Below, one piece after another: positions 1-15,200 of a DNA stretch of 64,000 nt. Made by a program: the position numbers and the translations under genes. Location: positions 23,314,001-23,378,000 of the forward strand of contig CM075987.1 of assembly GCA_038087875.1 (NCBI GenBank), written 5' to 3'. The notes under the pieces were generated by a model that saw only the letters and a program-made list of their open reading frames with translations, was not told where the DNA came from and ran no database searches. The stretch is from Malacoraja senta (taxonomy: Eukaryota). How positions within the stretch are numbered: position 1 is the stretch's first letter; the number at the start of each line of letters is the position of its first letter.

Positions 1-150
1 TGGGACCCGTACCCCAGTGAGGGTCAGTGTGTGTGTGTGTGTGGGACCTGTACCCCAGTGAGGGTCAGTGTGTGTGTGTGGGACCCGTACCCCAGTGAGG
101 GTCAGTGTGTGTGTGTGTGTGGGACCTGTACCTCAGTGAGGGTCAGTGTG
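1..150. repeat. Minisatellite, ~40-bp unit GGGACCYGTACCCCAGTGAGGGTCA(GT)n
   Basis: About four tandem copies, cut by the window edge. Confidence 0.9.
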
Positions 151-223
151 GCCCAAGGAGAGGCCAGGTCTGATCTGTGCATTGATGGTCCTCACTTGGG
201 GACAGATGGGTCGGAGGACTTAC

Positions 224-277
224 CTTGATGCCCCGGGCACCGGGATAACCGATGGGACCTTGTGGCCCTGCTGGACC
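224..277 (-). CDS. Collagen helix exon GPAGPQGPIGYPGARGIK (54 bp)
   Basis: Acceptor ccttcag and donor gtaagt; GPQGPIGYPG is a collagen V/XI signature. Confidence 0.96.
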
Positions 278-3200
278 CTGAAGGGACAGAAGATAAAACG
301 TCAGCAGATGTGCGGTCAAAGTTTGAGAGATCCAAACTTCCTAACAATTGGGGTTGAAGACCAGATTCTCCAATCAGAGGTAACGCAACTTGAAACTGGA
401 GGCAAGAAGGATGTCAAGGAGGAGGGCACTAAGAACGGAGGGGGACCTGGCTGGGGGGGGAAGCGGGAGGTGAGGGTGCTGAGAATGAAGGGTGGTAGAA
501 TTTTAGTCAGAGGGTGGTGAATCTGCGGAACTCATTGGGCTGTGAGGGCTGTGGAGGCCAAGTCAGTGGATATTTTAAGATAGACCAATGGCGCAGTGGT
601 AGAGGTGCTGCCTTGCAAATGCAGCGCCGGAGACCTGGGTTCGATCCTGACTACGGGCGCTGTCTGCGCGGAGTTTGCATGTTCTCCCCGTGACCTGCGT
701 GGATTTTCTCCAAGATCGTCGGTTTCCTCCCACATTCCAGAATGAAATTAGGAGGCGGAGATCAGCCATGATTGAATGGCNNNNNNNNNNNNNNNNNNNN
801 NNNNNNNNNNNNNNNNNNNNNNNNNNNNNNNNNNNNNNNNNNNNNNNNNNNNNNNNNNNNNNNNNNNNNNNNNNNNNNNNNNNNNNNNNNNNNNNNNNNN
901 NNNNNNNNNNNNNNNNNNNNNNNNNNNNNNNNNNNNNNNNNNNNNNNNNNNNNNNNNNNNNNNNNNNNNNNNNNNNNNNNGTGGCCCTGTGGACAAGAGG
1001 AACGATGGGATCACACAGATCTGATCCTCCCCCCTGGGCAGAAGAGTAGTTCCCCCACCCTCTCTCTCTCTCTCCACACTGACCAGGACCAGCAAACTAC
1101 CTCCACCATCCCCCGGTACAGCTCTCCCCCCTCCCCCGGCACGGCCCTGGGCGCCACCCTTCCCCCCGCCCAGTTAGACTGCACCCCCCCCCCCCATTTT
1201 CGCCCTCCAACCCCATCAAGCAGAAGGCTCCCCCCTCCCAGAACAATTCCCGCACCCTCCTTCATGGACGAGCGGCATCTGCCACCCTCTCCCCCCTCCA
1301 CTACCCCCCCCCCAATCAGGCCGAACTCTTCCCCCCTCCCAGAACAACCACCCCACGTGGACCAGCACCATCTGCCACCCTCCCCGCCCCCCCCCATCTG
1401 ACAGAATCTCCTGGAACAACCCTCCCCCCCCTCAACAGTCAGAACAATTCCCCTCCCCTCTCCGTGGCCCAGCACCTTCTTCCACACTGTCCCCCCCCCC
1501 ACCACCACCACCCCTCCCCCCCCCCACTAGGAAAAACCCTTCCCCCTCACTCTTCCATGATCTTCCATCCACCCCCCTCTCCACCTCCATCAGGCAGAAC
1601 TCTTCCCCCCTCCGGGAACAACTCCCCCACCCCATGTGGATCAGAACGCTCTCTCTCCCCCCCACCCCCACCCCACCCCAACCCCACCATCGCCCGCACC
1701 TCAGCCCAACCCACCCCCCCACCCCCAGCCCCTCCCCCACCCCACCCCACCCCAACCATCACCCGCACCCCATCCCAACCCACACCCTCCCCCTCCCCCA
1801 CCCCGCCCCACAGCACCCCCTCCCCACCCCCACATCCCACCCCACCCCTCCCCCACCCCGGACGCCATATCTCCCCCCGATGGCAGCTCTCGGAGCCTGG
1901 GCTTCAGGAGGGGACTCACCGGGGGCCCGTCTGCTCCCGGGACTCCAGCGAGACCTGGTTTACCCGTCGGACCCTGTGGGTTGAAGAGAACGAGATTAAG
2001 AGTGAGCTCAGAGACAACGGGGCGACTAACAGAGACAAGGTGGGGCCAGCAGAGCGTCGACGGTCCTGACTTACGTTCGTTCCTGGGGGTCCGATGGCAC
2101 CTTGTGGCCCCGGGAGACCCTGTTAAACGTAAGAAATGTCGACAGGTTAAAGACGAACCCCAGACCACGGACTTTAATGCATCCTGTAGCTTGAGCATGC
2201 TTGTCGCATAGTAGCAGGGTGGAGGAGGAGGAGGAGGTGAGATGGGGAGGGGGTTGAGTGGACTGTGGGACGGGAGAGGCGAGATGGGGGGCGAGAAGGA
2301 CAAGGCAGTGGTACATGCCGGGCGGGGGGGGGGGGGTGGGGAATAGGGAAGGATGAACATGGAGGGAGGGAAGTGCAGGAGGGAGGAGGATAGGAGGGTG
2401 GGGCCTGAAGAGTCAGGTGGAAAGCAGGTGGGATTACGGGGGACGGGAGGGGAGTTGGGGGAGCGAAGTAGAGGAGAGGGTGAGGGAGTGGGGTGGCGAG
2501 AGAGATGAGGAGAGGACAGATGGGAAGTGGGAAGGAGAGGGATTTGCGGGAATGGCAGAGGGAGGTGAGGTGAGGGTGGGGTGTGGGTAGCAGGGTGAGA
2601 GAGGGGTGGTGAGGGTGAAGGGGGTGACGGTGGGAGTTGGGGGGGTATGAGGAGGGTAGGGAGTAGAGGCCGGGCGGGTGAGGGCAGGAGGGGGAGGTGG
2701 GTGAGGGTGGTTTTGGAGGTGATGGGGGGTGGGGGGAAGGAGAGGCTGAAGGGAGGTGAGGGCAGGTGGGTGAGGGTGGGAGGTGGGGAGGTGAGGGTAG
2801 TGTAGAACCGGGCATGCTGAAGCTGGTGGTGATGAAGGGGTGGTGGGGGTGGGTTTGCCGGGGGGGGGTGGGGGTTTGCCAGGGGGGCAGGTTACCTGGG
2901 CACCAGGGTTGCCTTGCTGTCCGGGAGGCCCTGGTTCACCTTGAGGACCCTAGAAACAAGAGTAGATCGATGACACATTGAACCGTAGTGCAGGGCAGCT
3001 GAGACTGAGACCGACACTGCCCAGAGTCGCTACAAGCTGCACTATACCCCAGCGCAGGGTCACACCAGATAGGTGGGGGGTGGAGAATTATCATCGCCCC
3101 TGCCACACCTGTAGACATATACTGGACACACAATTATTCACTTCCACAGAACACCTCCCCCACACACCTCGTCAGCTTTTGGGTGGGGGGGGGGGGGGCA

Positions 3201-6200
3201 TGGTGGCGCAGCGCCACAGACTCAGGTTCGATCCTGACTACGGGTGCCTTCCGACCGTACAGACTTCTCACTTTATTCCTCTGACTGCGTGGGTTTTCTC
3301 CGGGTGCTCCGGTTTCCTCCCACATCCCAAAGGCACGCAGGTTTATAGGCTAATTGGCTTTGGTAAAATTGCAAATTATCCCTAGTGTGTGTAGGATAGT
3401 TATAGTGTACGGGGATCGCTGGCTGGCGGGGACTCGTTGGGCCGAAGGGCCTGTTTCCACGCTGTATCTCTCAAGTCTAAAGCGGGCCTCTGCTGGACCA
3501 CGCGGGCTGGTGATGGGTGAGAGGGGAGGGCAAGGATCAGTCCCCCAGGGTGGGTTCCACAAAGCAAAGAGTTCACTGCTGGTATCTGACGTCAGGACCT
3601 ACCTGACTTCCCTTGGGACCGTTGTGGCCATCCATCCCTGTTATTCCCTGGAAAACAAGCAACAGGCAGGTTAGTTAACAAAGTACCTCAGGCGTCCGAT
3701 CAAAGCCCCAGGAAATCTTGGCACCTACACCAGTTTGCTGAGGACACAGAGGGAGCTGCCTGCATTCTGCTCGGCCCATGAGGAATGATGCCGGGGTTCT
3801 GGAAGACTGCAGGAATGATTGTGTTAACATATGATGAGCGTTTGACGGCACTGGGCCTGTACTCGTTGGAGTTTAGAGGGATGGGGGGGGGGGGGAACCT
3901 CAGAGGGCGGTGGAGGCAGGTTCTCTGGATGCTTTCAAGAGAGAGCTAGATAGGGCTCTTAAAAATAGCGGAGTCAGGGGATATGGGGAGAAGGCAGGAA
4001 CGGGGTACTGATTGGGGATGATCAGCCATGATCACATTGAATGGCGGTGCTGGCTCGAAGGGCCGAATGGCCTACTCCTGCACCTATTGTCTATTGAAAC
4101 TTACCAAACAGTGAAAGGCCTGGATAGCGTGGATGTGGAGAGGATGTTTCCACTATTGGGAGAGTCTAGGACCACAGCCTCAAAATAAAAGGACGTACCT
4201 TTAGAAAGGAGATGAGGAGGGATCTCTTCAGTCAGAGGGTGGTGAATCTGTGGAATTCATTGCCACGGAAGGCTGTGGAGGCCAAGTTAATGGATATTTG
4301 ATTCATCTTTGATTAGTACGGGTGTCAGGGGTTATGGGGAGAAGGCAGAAGAATGGGGTTGAGAGGGAGAGATAGATCAGCCATGATTGAATGGCGGAGT
4401 AGACTTGATGGGCCGAATGGCCTAATTCTGCTCCTATAACTTATAAACTTATGAAGCAGAAACCAGTCACTGAACAAAACAGAAAGTGCAACCTGCAGAA
4501 TTGCAGGCAGTCACCTTGGTGAGCAAGCTTGTGGGAACAGCCTTCTCACCAAGCTAACTGCCTGGTCACCTGGAAGAAAACCACTAGCCTTTTGTTCAAG
4601 TCTGATCTGATCATAGTGTAGAGAGCATGGATATGTTAAAGGCACAATGTGCCTGAACAAGAAATTAAACAGCAAGTGGTGGAAATCTGAACTAAAAACA
4701 TAACTGCTGGAAGAACTCAGCCGGTTGAGCAGCATATGCGGAGGGAGAAACCTGCCAACATTTCAGGTCGAGAACCCTTCACCAGAACTAAGAGCTGAAC
4801 AAGTTCTCCCCTCATTGGGGACAGCGATTCATTACTGGAGTGAGGCAAGGACAGAGTAGGAATGGGAGAGGGATAGTTAAAATAAAGAAAAGGTTTACAG
4901 GGATAGAGGCCAAACCCGGGCAAATGGAAGTAGCTGAGATGGGGCATCTTGATCTGCATGGGCGAGTTGGGCCGAAGGGCCTGTTTCCATGCTGTAGGAT
5001 TCTAAGTTGAGTGAGTTTATGAAGCGGGTGGGTGAAGCAGTGTGGATGACAGTGGGTAAATGGAGCTTACAACGAATGCTTATTAAAAAAACAATTGACT
5101 GTTTAGCCAATCTGAAGCCCAGGGGTATGAAAGAACAGTGCAGTTCAAAGCAGGGAAGTAGGTGGTGACCCATTGTGGGACAAGTGTGGAGAGACCAAGC
5201 AAGCTAAATGGTCCAATTTAACAAAGGCGTGGATAGTGGGAGGCCGAGGGGGTTTGTAAACACACGTTGGAACGCTAGATGCAGGAAAAATGTTCCCAAT
5301 GTTGGGCTAGTCCAGAACCAGGGGCCACAGTCTTAGAATAAAGGGGAGGTCATTTAAGACTGAGTTGAGAAAAAACTTTTTCACCCAGAGAGTTGTGAAT
5401 TTATGGAATTCCCTGCCACAGAGGGCAGTGGAGGCCAAGTCACTGGATGGAGTTAGATAGAGCTCTGGGGGCTAGTGGAATCAAGGGATATGGGGATAAG
5501 GCGGGCACGGGTTATTGATTGGGGACGATCAGCCATGATCACAATGAATGGCGGTGCTGGCTCGAAGGGCCGAGTGGCCTCCTCCTGCAGCTATTTTCTA
5601 TGTTTCTATGGAAGGAGGCAGGGCACGGTAATGCAACAGCTAGTGAAGGAAATGCGACCGAGGACTTCATTAACAGAAGCAAAAGTATACAAGCTAAACC
5701 TTTAAAAACACTCATTGGTCTCAGGTAGGTGGTAGAAACAAGGAAGTGCAGATGCTGGGTTACAAAATAAGACACCAAGTGCTGGAGAAACTCAACAGAT
5801 ATAGACACAAGTGCTGGAGTAATTCAGCGGGTCAGGCTGGAGAGAAGGAATGGGTGACGCTTTGGGTCGGGACCCTACTTCAGACTGGATGACCTCAGAA
5901 GGGTCTCGACCCGAAACGTCACCCCTCCTTTTTCTCCAGAGATGCTGCCTGATCCGCTGAGTTACTTCAGCATTTTGTGTCTATCTTCGGTATATACCAG
6001 CATCTGCAGTCTCTATCGACACAGCAACTCAGCGGGTCAGGCAGCATCTCTGGAGGACATGGATAGGTGACGTTTCGGGTCAAGGCTTGCACTTTGGGTC
6101 CGCGTTTTGTGGGTTTTTTTCAGCTGGATTGTGTTTAATTCTGGGCAGCCCAGGTCAGGAAGGACGAGAAGGCTGTGCAGGGAAGAACTGAAGAGGTTAA

Positions 6201-9200
6201 CAGAACTAGTTCCAGACTCGAGTGATTACATCCATGTGGACAGACCGGAGCCCCTGGGATTATTTAGATTGCTTTGATTGGATCGGAGAAGAACGAGCCG
6301 TGAGAGGTTGTGTAAAATCATGACGGATTTAACGATGGGGAAGATTTATTCAACATTTTCACACAACATAAATTGTTCCCTCTCCAACCGTTATAAAAAT
6401 CATTTTTACCTTTATACGGTGGAACGGACTTGACGACAAACAGGGACATAAATTGTTGAAATTCTTTGCAGCTCAGATTCTGTTTTGCTTTTTTTCCCTA
6501 GTTTAGGGGGGTTTTGTTTCTTCCTGTTTCCCTTCTTTTTTTCTTCTTTTTTTTCTTTTTATCTTTTTTGTTTTTTTAATATATATATACGTTTTCTTTT
6601 AAACATTTAACTATATTTACATAGAGGTCTATATTCAATGTAAGACTCATATTTAGGTTATACCTGTTATTAATGTAACCCTGATCCCTACGTATCAATA
6701 TCATTGTTATCTTTATCATTCTTCTTTTCTTTTTTTTTGGGGGGGGGGGGGGGGGGGAAACAAAACTAATAAAAAGATTTTAAAAGAAAGAAAGGATTTA
6801 ACGATGTAAATGCTGAAGCTGGGGATCGGGGCTGGTCTGAGGAGAAGGGCAAAGAGTACCGGGGAATACACGAGGAGCAACTGTGTTGTGTGACGATTGA
6901 AGCACAAAGCACTGGAGGAGAGCAGGCAGCATCTGACCTGCTGAGTTACTCCAGCCCTCTCCGTTTGGCTCAGGATTCCAGCATCTGCAGTTGCATGTGT
7001 TTCCGTTCATGTAACGCGTGACTGGTGTCTGGGGGGGGGGGGGGCTTGGCCTGAGGGCGGAGATTGGATGGGCGCTTGAGGCGAAGATAATGAGCAGGGA
7101 AACAGGGAGAGGGGGGCAGAGCCTAAGAGAGACACAAAATGCTGGAGTAACTCAGCGGTCAAGGGACAGGTGACGTTTGGGGGTCGAGACCCTTCTTTAG
7201 TTCTGAAGAAGGGTCTCAGCCCGAAACGCCACCTCTTCCTTTGCGACGGAGATGCTGTCTGACCCGCTGAGTTACTCCAGCTTTTTGTGTCTGTCTTTGG
7301 TTTAAAGCAGCATCTGTAGTTCCTTCCTATACAGAGGAGCAGAGCCTGCTGTGTGCGTGGGATGACTCCTGCACAGATCAAGTAGCTTCCCTCTCTTCAG
7401 GGAATATTCTCTGTTGCATGTTCAAGTAAACAGCAGGAATTAAGTGGTTCGCTCAGATTGTTGTGTAATGTTAAATGGGCAATAAGATGACATCATATAC
7501 CAGCTGTTGTATTAATAGCTACACAAGGGGTGAGGATGACCTCTAACCCCTGAACCTCATGACAACCAACCTCCCTCAGAGGGAGGTAAACAACATGGCA
7601 GCAACGATTAGCAAACGCCCGCGGGAGGTCTCTGAGATACTCACGTGAGGTCCGGCAGGTCCCGCTGGTCCCTTCGGTCCGAGTAAACCACGGGGGCCCT
7701 GCAAAGAACAAACATAATGAGAGACGGCATACAACACGTCAGATAATAAATATCACCAGGAATTGCACTCAAATGACCAGAGTCAAACAAACCAATCCAA
7801 AATTGCATCAGAAATCTGTTACCCAGAGTCAAAGCATGCCGATAAAAGTCAAATCATCCCACCAGACGACAAACCATCCCCATCAACATGAAAACATCGC
7901 ACCCGACATCGTACCATTCCGCCCCCACATCAAACCATCCAGTCCCCACGGCAAACCATCCCGCCCCATGTAAAACCATCCAGTCCCCACGGCAAACCAT
8001 CCCGCCCCATGTAAAAACATCCCGCCCCATGATGTTAAACCATCCCGCCCCATGATGTTAAACCATCCCGCCCCATGTAAAACCATCCCGCCCCATGATG
8101 TTAAACCATCCCGCCCCATGATATTAAACCATCCCGCCCCATGTAAAACCATCCCGCCCCATGATGTTAAACCATCATACCTCCATGTCGAACCATCCAG
8201 TCCCCACATCTAACAATCCCAACCAGCAACAAACGATCCCGATTGGCTTCAAACAAATCCGCCTGGATTCATACAACTCTAAGTGGCATCAAATTTGCCA
8301 GCCAGTGAGGAACATTCCTGCCGGATGTCTAAAAATCCAGCCTGGCATCAAACAATCATGCTTGTCATCAAAAATATGCTCCTGGTCAGTCAGCATCCGA
8401 CAATCCCCGACACTGGATCTGCCACTGAATCCTCGTCTTTCTGACCCACAGACCTCAATCAGTAAGGATGGGTAAGAACACCTTCGCCACAATAACTCGC
8501 AACACCAGAGCCCCCCCCCTCCCAAGGTTGTGTTCCCAGTCCCCTACTATCGTCCCTATACACTCACATGGCCAAACTCAGCTCTAATTCCATCCACAGG
8601 TCTGCAGGTGACACCACTGTGGTGGGCAGGATCACTAACAATGATGAGACGGAGTACAGGAAGGAGATGGAGAATTTAGTGCTGTGGTATCCAGACTATA
8701 ACTTCTCCCTCAATGTCAGCAAGATGAACAAGCTAGTTACTGGCTTCAGGAAGCATGCCCCAATCAGCATGAATGGTGCCCATGTGGAAATGGTTGAGGG
8801 CTTCAACTGCCTTGGCGTTAAATATCACTAACGATCTGTGGTGGACCAACCGCATCGATGCGACAACCAAGAAGGCTCACCAACGCCTCTACCTCCCGTG
8901 GAAACCAAGAAGATTCAGTATCTGTCCCGTGACACTTATAGATGCACATAGAAAGTGTACTGTACGGTTGTGTCACAGCTTGGTTTGGGTATGGCTCTGT
9001 CCACGATGGCAAGAAATCGCAGAGAGTTATAGATGTCGCCCAGTCCATCCCACAGTCTTGACTTGTCACCATTGACTCCAATTACACTCCACGCTGCATC
9101 GGAAAAAGCAGCCATCATAAATATAGACTTGTCCCAGTCAGGTCATTCCTTCATCTCCTTGCTCCCGTCCGGCAGAAGGCACAATGGCTTGAAAGTGTCC

Positions 9201-12200
9201 ACCACCAGACTCAGGAACAGCTTCTTCACCTCCGTTATCAGGCTTCCGAATGGTCTTCCATGAGCTAGGATACTGTCAGATGCACCTTTACGCCATTGAG
9301 GACATTGGACTTGGAACTGATGCGCTACAATTCTGAGAATTATTTTCTGCACTCTGTAACTGCCCCTTTGCTCTAATTAATTACTTCAGTTTAAACTGAT
9401 TTAAGTTCAAGTTCACGTTCGTGCTTATTGTCACTTAACCAACTAAGGTACAGTGAAATTTGAGTTACCATACGGCCATACTAAGTGAAAAGAACATATA
9501 TACGCATAAAATAAATTGAACATAAACTTCCACCACAGTGGAATCAACCATCCCCACTGTGATGGAAGGCAATAAAGTTCAGTCATCTTCCTCCTTTGTT
9601 GATCTCCTTTGTTGATTGTATCTCTGTCTGGTATATCTGTTTGGGTAGCATGCAAAATAAAGCTCATCACTGTACCTCAGTACATGCGACAATAAAGAAA
9701 CCTAAAAGGCCTGTCCCACTGTATGAGTTCATTCAAGAGCTCTACCGAGTTAATAATAAAATAATCTAACTCGTGGAAGCACGAAAAATGTACGTAGCGG
9801 GTACTTCGGAGCTCGGGGACGTCTCTTAGCGGCTCGTAACGCTAACGGCAGGTACTCGGCAAATGCAGTAAGCTCGGGAAGACTCGTGAAGATTTTTCAA
9901 CATGTCCACGAGAGCCCCGAGTACCATAGAGCGGCCATTACCGTAAATCTCCGAGTTCGAATCAGGGCAAACTCGGGGGGAACTCTTGAATGAACTCGTA
10001 CGGTGGGACAGGGCTTTTAATCTAAACCAATGGCAATAATCTCAATCAGCATCAAGCAATCCAGGTTGGCATCATACAACCCCGTGCTTGTTTCAAACGC
10101 TCAAGTCCAAACGATCGCCCCGGCATCAAAACATCCAACCAATGTAAACACTCTCCCAGCAACAAATCAGCCTACCCTCCCCATTGTCACCAACCGATCC
10201 AAATGGTATCAATCAAGTCCATCGTCAAATGATCACGACTAGAGTCAAAGAATCCCAAATAGAATGAAACATTCCTTTGGATATCAAACAATTCCAGAAA
10301 ACTAGAATCTATTCTGCCCGGCATCAATAATCTCACCCAGCATCAAATATTCCAGCCTGCTGCACAACGGTGCCACCTAATAGTACAAAATCATCCATCA
10401 ATAAGTAATTCAAGTCTACCATCAAACAGCTATTAGCAACAGAAATGGTTTCCACCTGGTGTCAAATGCACGGTTTCAGTCTTGCCCAACATTGCAGCCT
10501 GGCATCAAACCATCACAGATGCTTGCAACCTACACCAATGATTCATGACTGGCACCCTATCCCATGGTCAACCAATGGGTCAACCAATGGGCGGTAGAGT
10601 TGCTGCCTTACTGCGCCAGAGACCCACTTTCGATCCTGACTACGGGTGCTGTCTGTACGGAGTTTGTACGTTCTCCCTGTGATCTGCGTGGGTTTACTCC
10701 GAGATCCTCGGTTTCCTCCCACACTCCAAAGACGTACAGGGTTGTAGGTTAATTGGCTTGGTATAAATGTAAAAATTGTCCCTAGTGGGTGTAGGATAAT
10801 GTGTGGGGATCGCTGGTTGGTGTAGACCCGGTGGGCTGAAGGGCCAGTTTCCGCGCTGTATCTCTAAAAAAAGAATCAATGATTCCTGTTGAGACTCACA
10901 GAACACCATCCCGAATCAAGGAATCCCACTTGGAATCAAAGAATGCCACCCAGAATTAATTAACTCCACCCAGAATCAACGGATTCTGCCCAGAATCAAC
11001 AAATTCCTCACAGAATCAATTAATTCCTCCCAGAATCAATGGGAGAATGCCCAAATCAAAGGGATGCCAACCAGAATAGGAAAAAAAACTATCTCGAAAG
11101 GCTTCCCTGGCATCAGACAATCCTGCTGGCAATAGCCACATCCACCCAGCACACAATAAATCACCATTGAACAACCACCATTAGACAAGAACACCTGTTG
11201 TCATAGAAACACACTCGGCATTAAACAGTCTCAGACACAAAGTGCTGGAGTAACTCAGCGGGTCAGGCTGCATCCCTGGTGAACATGGATAGGTCAGGAC
11301 GCGTCTTTAGACACCTATCCGTATGCTCCAGGGTGCTGAGTTACTCCAGCACCTTATGCCTTTTCTCGTGAACCAGCATCTGCAGTCCCTTGTGTCTCCG
11401 TCAACCAGTCCAGCAATCCAAGCCACAGTTATATAATTCCACCCACAATGAGACGTTCCCAACCTGTATTGCATGCTCCCACATGGATTTATACATCGAA
11501 CAATCCATCAGGTATCAAACATGTGTGGACACAATACGCTGGAGTAACTCAGCGGGACAGGCAGCATCTCTGGAGAGAAGGAAGGAATGGTTGATGTTTC
11601 GGGTCGAGATCCTTCTTCAGACTCACCAGTCTGGTACCACACATACCAGGCATCAACAAACAAACGTGCCTGGTATCAACCATTCTAACCTGGTCTCAAA
11701 CATTCCCAGATGCTTCAAGTTATTGCAACTGGCGACATTGACTCATGACTGGCACCAAATCCCAATGCCAACCGCCATTGGACAACCACCATTGGACAAG
11801 AACACCTGTTGTCATAGAAACACACCTGGCATCAAATAATACGGCCCAGGCAAGAAATAATCCAACCCGCATCTTAGACTTTAGAGCTACGGCATGGAAA
11901 CAGGCCCTTCGGCCCGTACACCAACACTATCCCACACACACTAGGGACAATCTACAGTTTACAGAATCCAATTAACCTACAAACCTGTACGTGTTTGGAG
12001 TGTGGGAGTGAAACAGGAGCTCCTGGGGGAAACCCACACGGGTCACGTGGAGAACGTACAACCTCTGTACAGACAGCACCCGTAGTCAGGATTGAACCCG
12101 GGGTCTCTGGTGCTGTGAGGCAGCAACTTTAACGCTGCGCCACCGTGCCGCCCTTGACAAACTTAACCACCATCTAAACTGCCATCGACCAATCCGAACC

Positions 12201-15200
12201 GGAATCGAACGATCCAAAACTAAAATTAAACGACCCGACACAGAACAAAATGTTCCCAACACCATCTCGTGCTCCCAATGGATTTGTACAATTCCAGCCA
12301 ACAGCAGAGGGCACAGCATCAAACATTCCCTTCCGGCACTGGACTATCCCAACCGGCAGACGTGATCGCGCCTGGTGTATAACACACGGCCTCAAACAGT
12401 CCTGCCTCACATCAAACAATCCCACTTGGCAGCAAGCATTCCCAACAGGAATCTCACCATCCTGACTGCCACAAACAACACCTTCTTTCATCATACAATT
12501 CAAAGTGTCATCAAACAGTCGATCAAACACGGTGGTGCAGCGGTAGAGTTGCTGCCTTACAGCCCCAGAGACCCGGGATCGATCCTGACTTTGGGTGCTG
12601 TCTGTACGGAGATTACACCTTCTCCCTGTGACCAGCGTGGGTTTTCTCTGGGATCTCCGGTTTCCTCCCACACTCCAAGGACGCACAGGTTTGCAGGTTA
12701 ATTGGCTTGGTATAAATGTAAACAATAGGATAGTGTTAATGTGCGGGGATTGCTGAACGGTGCGGACTCGGCGAGGCGAAGGGCCCGTTTGCACGCCGTA
12801 TCTCTAAACTAAACTAGAATCCCATCCAACATCAAAGATAGATGCACAACGTGAAACATTATCAGTCTGACATCGGATATTACTGCGCGGCCAGCCATAA
12901 ACTATACCACCTGACAGATGCCAACCTGGACCGCCATCAAACAATCAAATCCGCCATCAAAGAGGTGGGATGGGAACCTGATTCCGCTCAGTGTCGAACA
13001 TTCCCGAATTCCAGCCCGGCATCAGACAATCCCATCCGGAAAGAAAACATCTACACTGGCAAGAAGTGATTCTAACTGGCACTAAACTATTTCACCCACC
13101 CTCGCACAATTCCAAGTGCCATCAAACATTAGACAATAGACAATAGACAATAGGTGCAGGAGTAGGCCATTCGGCCCTTCAAGCCAGCACCGCCATTCAA
13201 TATGATCGTGGCTGATCATCCCCAATCAGTACCCCGTTCCTGCCTTCTCCCCATATCCCCTGACTCTGCTATCTTTAAGAGCACTATCTAACTCTCTCTT
13301 GAAAGCATCCAGAGAATTGGCCTCCACTGCCTTCTGAGGAGGAGAATTCCACAGATTCACAACCCTCTGTGTGAAAAAGGTTTTCTTCATCTCCGTTCTA
13401 AATGGCTTACCCCTTATTCTTAAACTGTGGCCCCTGGTTCTGGACTCCCCCGACATCGGGAACATGTTTCCTGCCTCAAGCGTGTCCAAACCCTTAATAA
13501 TCTTATGTTTCAATAAGATCTCCTCTCATCCTTCTAAATTCCAGAGTGTACAAGCCCAGCCGCTCCATTCTATCAGCATATGGCAGTCCCGCCATCCCGG
13601 GAATCAACCTCGTGAACCTACGCTGCACTCCCTCAATAGCAAGAGTGTCCTTCTCAAATTTGGAGGCCAAAACTGCACACAATACTCCAGGTGTGGTCTC
13701 ACCATTACAAGACAATCTTACCCAACAAAAATAACCTCACCTGCGCTCCAACAGTCCCAACCACCTTGAGACAACCTCCTCGTCATCAAAAGACCTCCCT
13801 GATGTAAGTGGCATTAAACACTCTAACCTGGCATGAAATAAAAATGCCCAGCATGGAACTATCCAGCGGGCATCAGATAATCCCACGGGCATGAGGTAAT
13901 CCCGCCAGACGTGAAAGAATCTGCTTAGCAATCTACTATTCCTACTCAACATTAAACAATCCTCCCTGGGATCAAGACATACCATCCGGCACCAAGCTAT
14001 CCATTCACACGTCAAACAATTCCAACCAGGAGCAAGATGTTGAGCCAAGGATGTAACTAACCCAAAGTGCTGGAGTAACTCAGCGGGTCAGGCAGCATCT
14101 CTGGAGAACATGGATAGGTGACGTTTCACAGAGTGCTGGAGTAACTCAGCGGGTCAGGCAGCATCTGTGGAGCGAAGGAAATGGGCAACCTTTCGGGCCG
14201 AAACCCTGAAGGAAATAGGCAACGTTTCGGGCCGAAACCCGGAAGGGTTTCGGGCCGAAACGTTGCCTATTTCCTTCGCTCCATAGATGCTGCCGGAACA
14301 TGGATAGGTGACGTTTCACAGAGTGCTGGAGTAACTCAGCGGGTCAGGCAGCATCTGTGGAGAACATGGATAGGTGACGTATCACAGAGTGCTGTAGTAA
14401 CTCAGCGGGTCAGGCAGCATCTGTGGAGAACATGGATAGGTGACGTTTCACAGAGTGCTGGAGTAACTCAGCGGGTCAGGCAGCATCTGTGGAGAACATG
14501 GATGGTTGACATTTCGGGTCAGGATCCTTCTTCACACTGATTGAAGGGGACGCAACTCGAAACGTCATCTATCCATGTTCTCCAGAGATGCTGCCTGACC
14601 CGCTGAGTGACTCCAGCTTTTCGGAGTCTCTCTATCTTCGGTATTAACCAGCATCTGCAGTTCCTTCCCACACATGAAATAATCCGGCCCGGCACCTGAT
14701 AAATCACGGAAGGCATCGAGCAATCCCGCCGACAAAGACACAAACAATATGATCCCCGCCAACGTACAAGAATATCTTCGGGCAACGAATATTCTCATCT
14801 CAACTGGTGTCACACCATTGAGGCAGGCCTAAGAAACACAGTCGGTATCATGCAATCCAGATGTCTAGTTTAGCTTAGAGATACAGCGCAGAAACAGGCC
14901 CTTCGCCCACCGAGTCCATGCTGACCAACAATCCCCGCGCACTAACACTGCCCTACACACACTAGGGACAATTTACATATATACCAAGCCAATTAACTGA
15001 CAAACCTGTACGTCTTTAGAGTGTGGGAGGAAACCGGAGATCACGGGGAGAACGTACAAACGGCCGGGTCTCTGGCGCTGTAAGGCAGCAACTCTACCGC
15101 TGCGCCACCATGCCACCCGATGGCCATCTAACAATTAAAACTGGTATCAGACCCAGCGACAAGGAACAACGCTGGCATCAAACCATCGGCCAGCAAAGCA

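Noticed and set aside
675..1401. ORFs spanning N-runs (also 24743-25202)
   Set aside because: They are open only because N codons contain no stops.
1011..2815. Long Pro-rich and Gly-rich ORFs
   Set aside because: Artefacts of C-rich and G-rich intronic tracts; only the short splice-bounded Gly-X-Y exons are credible.
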